DNA of 45,453 bases from a virus, in IMG/VR virus record IMGVR_UViG_3300031555_001699, positions 1-45,453 of that record. One strand, written 5' to 3'. Below the pieces are notes generated by a model, which was given only the letters and a program-made list of their open reading frames with translations, searched no databases and was not told the DNA's origin. The position numbers and the translations under genes were made by a program. Below are positions 1-5,533 of the stretch, piece after piece (positions within the stretch are counted from its first letter, which is position 1; the number at the start of each line of letters is the position of its first letter).

Positions 1-127
1 ACGAGGCGACAGCGCCCGACCTGATGGATCAGGCCTATGAGGCGTGGCGGCAGATCGTCCCGCGGAGCAGCACTGTCAGCGAGGCCTACAGGCGCGCACC
101 TGACAACGCAACCAAGAATGCATTGCT
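1..127. repeat. Terminal overlap copy 1 (identical to 45327-45453); circular-assembly closure, unique genome length 45,326 bp
   Basis: Both window ends read base by base: acgaggcgacagcgcccgacctgatgg...accaagaatgcattgct occurs at 1-127 and 45327-45453. It lies inside one continuous ORF, so it is assembly overlap, not a biological terminal repeat. Confidence 0.95.
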
Positions 128-236
128 CAAGGCGCTGATCCGCAGCATCACCTACAACAAGACCCAGCGCCGCGCCGGCAAGAACGCAGACAAGCAGACC
201 GGAATAACCCTTGAGTATGACCTGATTTTCCAGTAA
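1..236 (+). CDS. int: Large serine recombinase (integrase), C-terminal end; continuation across the circular junction of the ORF starting at 44030
   Basis: ORF 24-236 is in the same frame as the open-ended ORF 44030-45453 once base 1 is mapped onto 45327; stop TAA 234-236; joined product about 510 aa. Confidence 0.9.
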   Translation, partial: EATAPDLMDQAYEAWRQIVPRSSTVSEAYRRAPDNATKNALLKALIRSITYNKTQRRAGKNADKQTGITLEYDLIFQ

Positions 237-239
237 AAA

Positions 240-289
240 CACTGGTAGCTTGCGCATAATAATGAATTATTATAGCCAAGATACCAGTG
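240..289. other. Candidate attP core: 50-bp imperfect palindrome with central GA dinucleotide, 4 bp after the integrase stop
   Basis: CACTGGTA GCTTGCGC ATAATAAT GA ATTATTAT AGCCAAGA TACCAGTG; outer 8 bp and inner 8 bp arms are perfect inverted repeats, 20 of 24 arm positions symmetric, centre 264-265. Confidence 0.45.
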
Positions 290-313
290 AAAACGCCGCC
301 AGGCAGAATATGC

Positions 314-343
314 TTGACGGCGTTGATGTTATCATGCTATAAT
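314..343 (+). promoter_or_regulatory. Sigma-70/SigA-type promoter for a short rightward RNA
   Basis: -35 TTGACG 314-319, 18-nt spacer, extended -10 TGcTATAAT (TG 335-336, TATAAT 338-343). Confidence 0.6.
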
Positions 344-349
344 GACGGC

Positions 350-449
350 AGGGTGCCCGCTACCTCCCAAAGGCGGATCACCTCGCTTTATGGGTGAGCT
401 GAACCGTCTACAACTGGTATTTGTAGGCGGTTCGCGGTTTTATTTCTTC
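350..449 (+). ncRNA. Candidate about 100-nt antisense/antitoxin sRNA (type I TA-like)
   Basis: Bounded by the promoter at 314-343 and the intrinsic terminator at 401-449. No SD-led ORF. Its 3' end is antisense to the 3' end of the 25-aa peptide gene. It contains CACCTCGCTTT (379-389), complementary to the SD region of that gene. Confidence 0.4.
401..449 (+). terminator. Rho-independent terminator (plus strand), overlaps the stop codon of the minus-strand peptide gene
   Basis: 13-bp stem GAACCGTCTACAA (401-413) / TTGTAGGCGGTTC (421-433) with one G-U pair, 7-nt loop, then GCGGTTTTATTTCTTC. Confidence 0.65.
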
Positions 450-517
450 AGTGCAAGCACAGACACAATAATTTCCGCGACAGTAAGCACAATTATAAGC
501 AATTCAAAATCACTCAT
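440..517 (-). CDS. 25-aa hydrophobic peptide MSDFELLIIVLTVAEIIVSVLALKK; type I toxin / holin-like-toxin candidate
   Basis: ATG 517, TAA 442-440, SD GAGGTG 8 nt upstream; single TM helix with acidic N-end and KK C-end; below the size cutoff of the ORF track. Confidence 0.5.
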   Translation of the reverse strand: MSDFELLIIVLTVAEIIVSVLALKK

Positions 518-523
518 CCGTGC

Positions 524-557
524 AACACCTCGCTTTCCTTAGTGATTGCGAGGTGTT
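524..557 (-). promoter_or_regulatory. 5'-UTR hairpin sequestering the SD of the 25-aa peptide gene
   Basis: Perfect 10-bp inverted repeat AACACCTCGC (524-533) / GCGAGGTGTT (548-557), 14-nt loop; in the minus-strand RNA the 3' arm contains the GAGGUG SD. Confidence 0.5.
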
Positions 558-607
558 TCCGCCTTTATACGGGCTTTCCCTGCCAGAGGCCTGGTGCCTC
601 AGCCGGT

Positions 608-636
608 ATATTATCACAGAAAAACCGCCCAGTCAA
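608..636 (-). promoter_or_regulatory. Promoter for the peptide (toxin-like) mRNA
   Basis: Minus strand -35 TTGACT (636-631), 17-nt spacer, -10 TAATAT (613-608). Confidence 0.5.
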
Positions 637-644
637 GGGCGGTT
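623..644 (-). terminator. Rho-independent terminator ending the leftward cargo operon
   Basis: Stem AACCGCCC (623-630) / GGGCGGTT (637-644); on the minus strand it is followed by TTTTTCTGTG; the -35 of the next promoter sits in the loop. Confidence 0.6.
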
Positions 645-678
645 GCCCGGCTACAAGGCCGCCGGGCGGGCCGCGCGT

Positions 679-780
679 CTACCAGATTGCCGGGGTCTTG
701 CGGAAGGCTTTCACCTTCCGCGGGCGCTCTGTCAGCGCCGCAGCCAGGGTCAACGCTGGCATCAGGATCAGCAGGCTCAT
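679..780 (-). CDS. 33-aa small membrane peptide MSLLILMPALTLAAALTERPRKVKAFRKTPAIW
   Basis: ATG 780 overlaps the TGA (779-777) of the upstream gene (ATGA coupling); SD GAGGTG 8 nt upstream; stop TAG 681-679; translated codon by codon by hand; not in ORF track. Confidence 0.45.
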   Translation of the reverse strand: MSLLILMPALTLAAALTERPRKVKAFRKTPAIW

Positions 781-1034
781 CCAAGCTCACCTCTTGCCAG
801 GACTTCCCAGCCGGGCGCGTACTGGAAAGCTATGTCGTACCAAAAGCAGCCGTCAAGCTCACAGAAGAACCGGGAAACAAACGCCCGTGCGGCGTTCTGA
901 TAACCGTTTTCCTCGATCCAGGCGCTGATCAATGCAGTCGCTTCGCGGGTGGCTTTCAGATACAGGTCGGTGCTGTGGTGGTCGATATGTTCGGCGGGAA
1001 GAGCCTGAACGGCTCGCTCGTACAAGCTCAGCAT
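777..1034 (-). CDS. Hypothetical 85-aa protein (cargo operon)
   Basis: ORF track 777-1034; ATG 1034 with GGGAGG 9 nt upstream; 7-nt overlap with upstream gene; balanced composition (MLSLYERAVQALPAEHIDHHSTDLYLK...). Confidence 0.7.
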   Translation of the reverse strand: MLSLYERAVQALPAEHIDHHSTDLYLKATREATALISAWIEENGYQNAARAFVSRFFCELDGCFWYDIAFQYAPGWEVLARGELG

Positions 1035-1408
1035 GCCTGCTCGCCTCCCTTCAACAGTTCGCGATAGATCAAGTTAGTAAGCAGCTTCTCTGCGTCTGCT
1101 TCGCTGTAGCGGTTCCGCTCTGCTTCGGTTTCCTCCAGGATTGCACCCAGATCTTCAATGGCGCTGCGGTTGTAATAGTAGCAGGTGTCGATCACAGAGG
1201 GCAGACCCTGGCACCAGTCAATGAAGATTGCAGCCTCAGGGCCGCGCTCGTAACGCTTTTCGCTGCGGAAGGTTTCCAGGATGAACGCTGCAGCTGCTTC
1301 GAAGGTTTCAAACTCGGACCCGTCGCGGCCGCAGTTCTCGGGATCGAAGTTATTCAGGATGTATGCGCGGATATTCTCGCGGGCCTTCTTGCTATTGCTT
1401 CTCAACAT
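1028..1408 (-). CDS. Hypothetical 126-aa protein (cargo operon)
   Basis: Internal ATG 1408 of ORF 1028-1609 (MLRSNSKKARENIRAY...) preceded by AAGGAGGAAG, 8-nt spacing; the upstream part of the ORF looks non-coding. Confidence 0.7.
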   Translation of the reverse strand: MLRSNSKKARENIRAYILNNFDPENCGRDGSEFETFEAAAAFILETFRSEKRYERGPEAAIFIDWCQGLPSVIDTCYYYNRSAIEDLGAILEETEAERNRYSEADAEKLLTNLIYRELLKGGEQAC

Positions 1409-1523
1409 CTTTTCTTCCTCCTTGATTATCTCGTCGTTTTCTGATATTATGGAGGGGCAGCGCGTCGCTGTGTGCCCTCCGGGGCCGGCCTCGTCAACGT
1501 TCGCACCGTTGGCGGGGCTTTGT

Positions 1524-1790
1524 TTATACCGGGCTACCTGCCCGCTCGCAGGCCATCTTATAAAGGTCATCCAGGTAGTAACTGCGCACGTCGTGCATCT
1601 CGCCCACATACAGCAGCGCGTTCTGCAGCTTCCAGCTGACCCCGAGGAAGTCGGCCATGTGCAGCATGTCTAGCATGTCGGCGTGTGCGTCGCGCGCCTC
1701 GAAGGTGTTGAGCTGCTGGTGCTTGATTACGCTGATCTTTGTTATGATCGCCTTGCAGCACTGGATGATCTTATACTGTTTATCGTTCAT
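1524..1790 (-). CDS. Hypothetical 88-aa protein, first gene of leftward cargo operon
   Basis: Internal ATG 1790 of ORF 1524-1841 (MNDKQYKIIQCCKAI...) with GGAGG 8 nt upstream. Confidence 0.65.
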   Translation of the reverse strand: MNDKQYKIIQCCKAIITKISVIKHQQLNTFEARDAHADMLDMLHMADFLGVSWKLQNALLYVGEMHDVRSYYLDDLYKMACERAGSPV

Positions 1791-1839
1791 TGTCTGTGCC
1801 TCCTGTGTTTGTAGTCGGTGTTTCGTGGTTTCTGATTGC

Positions 1840-1868
1840 ATTATAATCTATCTGCGCAGATATATCAA
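1840..1868 (-). promoter_or_regulatory. Leftward promoter of the cargo operon
   Basis: Minus strand -35 TTGATA (1868-1863), 17-nt spacer, -10 TATAAT (1845-1840); the spacer is filled by the 14-bp perfect palindrome TATCTGCGCAGATA (1849-1862). Confidence 0.65.
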
Positions 1869-1930
1869 GATGGCAAAACAAACAAATATATTTGCGCAGA
1901 TATGTGCAAAGTATATATTTACGCAGATAT
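1848..1930. promoter_or_regulatory. Three related 16-bp operators (consensus ATATcTGC GCAGATAT)
   Basis: O1 1848-1863 (14 bp perfect palindrome), O2 1888-1903 ATATTTGCGCAGATAT, O3 1915-1930 ATATTTACGCAGATAT. O1 lies in the leftward promoter spacer; O3 covers the -35 of the rightward promoter. Confidence 0.6.
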
Positions 1931-1946
1931 ATTTATGTGGTATGAT
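1918..1946 (+). promoter_or_regulatory. Rightward promoter of the RHH gene
   Basis: -35 TTTACG 1918-1923, 17-nt spacer, extended -10 TGgTATGAT (TATGAT 1941-1946). Confidence 0.55.
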
Positions 1947-1973
1947 ATATGATGTAGATTGGAGGTGTATGCA

Positions 1974-2165
1974 ATGCCAGCCAGCAAGGCACAGCAAAAA
2001 GCGGTCAATAAATATATGAAAACAAATTACGATCGCATCAACTTGACATTACCCAAGGGCCGCAAAGACGAAATAAAAGCCCATGCAGAAGCACACAACG
2101 AAAGCGTAAATGCGTTCATCAGCAGGGCTATTGATGAAACAATGCAGCGGGATAATACCAAATAA
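1974..2165 (+). CDS. Ribbon-helix-helix (Arc/CopG-like) DNA-binding protein, 63 aa
   Basis: ATG 1974 (GGAGG 7-8 nt upstream) inside ORF 1959-2165; MPASKAQQKAVNKYMKTNYDRINLTLPKGRKDEIKAHAEAHNESVNAFISRAI has the beta-strand plus two-helix RHH pattern. Confidence 0.6.
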   Translation: MPASKAQQKAVNKYMKTNYDRINLTLPKGRKDEIKAHAEAHNESVNAFISRAIDETMQRDNTK

Positions 2166-2185
2166 CATACAGCACCGCAACGGGG

Positions 2186-2211
2186 CAGCGCCGCAGGCGC
2201 TGTCTTTTTTT
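2186..2211 (+). terminator. Rho-independent terminator after the RHH gene
   Basis: Stem CAGCGCC (2186-2192) / GGCGCTG (2196-2202), loop GCA, then TCTTTTTTT. Confidence 0.75.
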
Positions 2212-2218
2212 ATGGGAA

Positions 2219-2558
2219 ATGACAGAGCAACGGGGCAAAATGACGGACTTGTGAGCGGCTTGTTCGCGATCCGTCATCTGTCATTTCTCTGTACACTCTG
2301 TCACGACTTGCGAGCACTTTAGCAAACTAAGGTCTGTCATTCTCTGTACACCTCTGTCACTACATTTCATTGTTTTTTGGCCGTTTTGTATGGATAAACT
2401 GTATGAATGTATGGTTTTGCAACGTTAAGAAACGATTAAAACGTAAAAATAAAAATAATCCGTCACATCCGTCACAACCGTCATTACATCAAACAGTTAC
2501 TCAATCATGGACCTGGGTAACCGTCATCTGTACATGACGGTCATGTACGGTATGACAG
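2219..2558. repeat. Array of about 17 C[CT]GT[CA]A[CT] heptamers in four clusters flanking a 100-bp AT-rich core
   Basis: Forward copies start at 2271, 2278, 2289, 2298, 2334, 2344, 2354, 2460, 2469, 2478, 2521, 2528; reverse copies at 2219, 2240, 2534, 2544, 2552. Core 2361-2460 is 27 percent GC by hand count. 26-27-bp direct repeat 2278-2304 / 2334-2360. Inverted CCGTCAT..ATGACGG 2521-2540. Confidence 0.7.
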
Positions 2559-2700
2559 AGGATTTATACAAAATGCAAAGGTCTGGAGCTTTGGTTGCTC
2601 CGGGCCTTTTTGTGTGCTCAGGAGAAAAAACCAGCAATTTTTTACGCTTAGAATGAGCCGTTTTGGTCGGTTTACAATCGGATCAAGGGAGGCGATAGTT

Positions 2701-3033
2701 GTGTGTTCTATTGATAGCATTCCGCTTGAAAGCACGATCACGGCGGAGATACAGCGCTATTTGGCGCGCTTGCCTGATTGGTGGGGCTTTAAGGTCCAGG
2801 GCGGCGGATCACAGATGCGAGGCGTGCCGGATATAGTCGGCTGCTATCGCGGTTTGTTTGTGGGCTTTGAAGTGAAGCGGCCCAAGGTTGGCAGGCTGAG
2901 TCAGCTGCAGGCCCACAGAATTGATCAAATAAAGGCCGTAAATGGTCACGCTTTTGTCGTTTATGGCGTTGAAGACGTGAAACAGGCGCTTGATGGGCTT
3001 GTCTCGCTTACGCGCGTGGGGGGTGGGGGCTGA
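2701..3033 (+). CDS. VRR-NUC domain nuclease (PD-(D/E)xK)
   Basis: GVPDIVGCYRGLFVGFEVKRPKVGRLSQLQAHRIDQIKAVNGHAFVV matches the VRR-NUC D...E.K core. Start chosen at GTG 2701 (GGGAGG 2687-2692, 8-nt spacing); the ORF track start 2614 has no SD. Confidence 0.7.
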   Translation: MCSIDSIPLESTITAEIQRYLARLPDWWGFKVQGGGSQMRGVPDIVGCYRGLFVGFEVKRPKVGRLSQLQAHRIDQIKAVNGHAFVVYGVEDVKQALDGLVSLTRVGGGG

Positions 3034-3512
3034 TGGCCCGCACGGACGGCGAAAGGTGCAGAAGGGCTGGAGAACGATATTCGAAAGGCACATTGCAGCC
3101 GCTGAACGACAACATGAGCGAGGCTGCGAGCCTGGCCGCGCTGGGCCTTGGCCGTGATGCGATAGCGGAAAAGCTCGGCGTAAACCCGTCGACGGTTACG
3201 CGCTGGTTGAAGCGCGAAGATGTGAAGGCGCTGCGCGCCGCTGCACTGGTTGATGTGGTTGCATCGATGGTTCCGAAGGCTTATGCGGTACTGAATGCAC
3301 AGCTTGATCACAGTAATCCGTGGGTCGCACAGGGCGCTGCGCGTGAGCTCATCCGCCTGTTCAACATGCAGCAAGGTACAGCAGATGCAAGTGTGGTCGT
3401 CACCTTTGGCGGAATGCCCAAACCGGGCGCGCCTGGCACGGCTGGTCACATGGCAGAGTCGCTGCCTGACGGCGACACGATCGAGGCAGACTTTGCCGAA
3501 GATGATGCATAA
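3033..3512 (+). CDS. HTH DNA-binding protein, positional candidate for the small terminase subunit
   Basis: ATGA-coupled to VRR-NUC; HTH segment RDAIAEKLGVNPSTVTRWLKRED; acidic C-terminus; nearest gene upstream of TerL, but separated from it by 620 bp. Confidence 0.45.
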   Translation: MARTDGERCRRAGERYSKGTLQPLNDNMSEAASLAALGLGRDAIAEKLGVNPSTVTRWLKREDVKALRAAALVDVVASMVPKAYAVLNAQLDHSNPWVAQGAARELIRLFNMQQGTADASVVVTFGGMPKPGAPGTAGHMAESLPDGDTIEADFAEDDA

Positions 3513-3541
3513 ACGCCGCATAAACGCTGTATAAACGCCGA
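3509..3541. repeat. 3 x 11-bp tandem repeat ATAAACGC(C/T)G(C/T/A)
   Basis: ATAAACGCCGC / ATAAACGCTGT / ATAAACGCCGA at 3509, 3520, 3531; begins at the stop codon of the TerS-like gene; one copy per helical turn. Confidence 0.8.
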
Positions 3542-3778
3542 ATATCCTGCATTATGCACTGTGTGCGCAGGTTGCACAAGGTTGTTGCGTTGGTATTTGT
3601 GCATGTTTGTTTTATCTATGCGCGAAAGAATTGTTTTACGCATAGATACGAACAATTGTTAACAAATGAGTCCTGCAGGGCTATGCCCTGATGGAATTAG
3701 GCCAGACGGCCCGGTCGCCCTGTTACCCGGCTTGCGTCTCTTCCTCCCGGCGCAGCAGCAGGGCGGCTGCTTCCCAAA

Positions 3779-3804
3779 GGAAGGATATATGTATATATCC
3801 TTCC
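3779..3804. repeat. Perfect 12-bp-arm palindrome GGAAGGATATAT gt ATATATCCTTCC
   Basis: Read directly; a related imperfect element GGAGTATATATATACCTCC lies at 3903-3921, about 120 bp away, with a G8 run at 3861-3868 between them. Confidence 0.8.
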
Positions 3805-4132
3805 ACAAAGAGTGCTTGTTTTTTTATGTGCCCTTGAAAAAAAGGCAGAAAAGCGCGACCGGGGGGGGATAAAGCGGACGGTGAGACTCCCACTTCCCGT
3901 GAGGAGTATATATATACCTCCGCCACCCGGCATCCTCGCATCGGGGAGTCAACGAAAATTTTTTCGTACATTTTGCAAGACCCGGGGGTAACCCTGTTGG
4001 CACCGCAAGCCCGGGAGAGGAAAGGCGATTTTTGAAAAATACCCAGGTGGGAGTTTTTTGGGACACCACCTGATCGGTATAAAAGATGGAGGAAGCGGGG
4101 TGCGGCGACATGTGGAAGTAGGAGGAAGGTAA

Positions 4133-5533
4133 ATGGCCAGGCAAATAGTGATTGACTATAAGCCGACGCCGAAGCAAGCACTTTTTCACACGACAGATGC
4201 CGATGAGGTGTTGTATGGAGGAGCAGCAGGCGGCGGCAAGAGCAAAGCGTGCGTAATGGACGCGCTGGCGAGGTGCCTGGCATACCCAAAGAGTCACGCT
4301 TACATTTTCAGAAGGACGTTCCGCGAGTTGGAGGACACAGTAATCGCGGAAGCGAAAGCGAGCTATCCGCAAGGGTTAGGGCGATACGTTGCCGGGCACC
4401 ACGAGTATAGGTTGAACAACGGCAGCGTAATCCACTTCAGGCATTGTGCGAGTGTAGAGGACATGTACACATACGCCGGTGCGGAGATCCATTTTTTGTA
4501 CATTGACGAGCTGACCACGTTCGAGAGGGAGATCTTCGACTTCCTGAAGACGCGCTTGAGAGCGAAAAAGACGCTGGGGCTGGTTCCGGTTGTGCGGTGC
4601 ACGAGTAACCCGGGCAACATCGGCCACGGTTGGGTGAAGGCGTACTTCGTTGATGCAGGTCCGTTCATGGAGAAGATTCGGCATGAGATTGTATCGAGTG
4701 CGTTGGGAGAGACGAAAGTTGTAACGACGCAGTACATACCGAGCCTAGCCACAGAGAACCCGCACATCACGAAGGACTACATATTTGAGCTTGAGAAAAA
4801 GCCAGACGCGCTGCGCCGGGCGTTGTTGATGGGCGAGTGGGACGCATTCGAGGGCCAGGTGTTCCTCGAGTGGAAGGATGACCCGAAGCACTATGTGGAT
4901 AGATTGTGGACACATGTGGTAGAGCCGTTCGATATACCGACGCACTGGCCGCGATACATGAGTTTTGACCATGGCTATTCGAAACCATTCAGTGTTGGTT
5001 GGTGGGCGGTGTCGCCAGACAACGTAGCCTACAGGTACAAGGAATGGTACGGCTGGAACGGCACAGTGAACAAGGGCTGTGAGATGAGCCCAGCGGCGAT
5101 CGCACGCGGGATCATCGACCGCGAGGAGGACGAGCGGCGGAACAACATCGTTGTTGACAGGATAGCCGACCCGGCGATCTTTGACAGGAGCAGAGGCGAC
5201 AGTGTAGCGCAGATGATGGAGCCGCAGGGTGGGAACCCTGGCGTGTACTTCAGGAAAGGCGACAACACGCGCCTGGCCGGCAAGATGCAGTTCCATGAGC
5301 GGCTGCGGTTCGACAAGGACGGTCGGCCGAAGATGCAGATATTCAATACCTGCCGACAGTTTATAAGGACGATCCCCTCGCTGCCATACGACCTGCACAA
5401 GGTCGAGGACGTAGACAGCGATGCGGAAGACCATATTTACGACGAGACCAGATACTTTCTGATGGCGCGCAGTGTACCGGTGAACGATCCGCACGTACCG
5501 AAGAAGAGAGTGTTTGACCCGTTGGCCGACTGA
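4133..5533 (+). CDS. terL: Terminase large subunit
   Basis: 466 aa; Walker A LYGGAAGGGKSKA, Walker B-like HFLYIDELT, C-terminal nuclease-type acidic motifs; SD GGAGGAAGG 5 nt upstream. Confidence 0.9.
   Translation: MARQIVIDYKPTPKQALFHTTDADEVLYGGAAGGGKSKACVMDALARCLAYPKSHAYIFRRTFRELEDTVIAEAKASYPQGLGRYVAGHHEYRLNNGSVIHFRHCASVEDMYTYAGAEIHFLYIDELTTFEREIFDFLKTRLRAKKTLGLVPVVRCTSNPGNIGHGWVKAYFVDAGPFMEKIRHEIVSSALGETKVVTTQYIPSLATENPHITKDYIFELEKKPDALRRALLMGEWDAFEGQVFLEWKDDPKHYVDRLWTHVVEPFDIPTHWPRYMSFDHGYSKPFSVGWWAVSPDNVAYRYKEWYGWNGTVNKGCEMSPAAIARGIIDREEDERRNNIVVDRIADPAIFDRSRGDSVAQMMEPQGGNPGVYFRKGDNTRLAGKMQFHERLRFDKDGRPKMQIFNTCRQFIRTIPSLPYDLHKVEDVDSDAEDHIYDETRYFLMARSVPVNDPHVPKKRVFDPLAD

Noticed and set aside
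1-127. The terminal 127-bp repeat as a biological direct terminal repeat (DTR) marking the genome ends
   Set aside because: It falls in the middle of the integrase reading frame, and joining the ends restores one intact 510-aa ORF. It is therefore assembly overlap of a circular or circularly permuted sequence.
342-542. The 66-aa plus-strand ORF 342-542, and the overlapping ORFs 520-900, 542-928 and 546-1067
   Set aside because: The ATG at 342 lies inside the -10 hexamer, there is no SD, and the ORF reads straight through a strong terminator. The others are Arg/Pro/Gly-rich shadows of minus-strand genes. The locus is better explained as an sRNA plus a small minus-strand peptide gene.
2278-2360. 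Mini-CRISPR-like unit: two 26-27-nt direct repeats separated by about 29 nt
   Set aside because: There are only two copies and they differ by indels. Each is itself made of three heptamer sub-repeats that also occur singly nearby in both orientations. There are no cas genes and no leader. An iteron-type binding array fits better.
3666-4372. ORFs in the terS-terL gap: 3666-3872 plus, 3697-3933, 3723-4289 and 3824-4372 minus
   Set aside because: They have no SD, are Pro/Arg/Gly/Leu-rich, and overlap each other and the TerL start. The region is dominated by palindromes and homopolymer tracts, so I treat it as non-coding.
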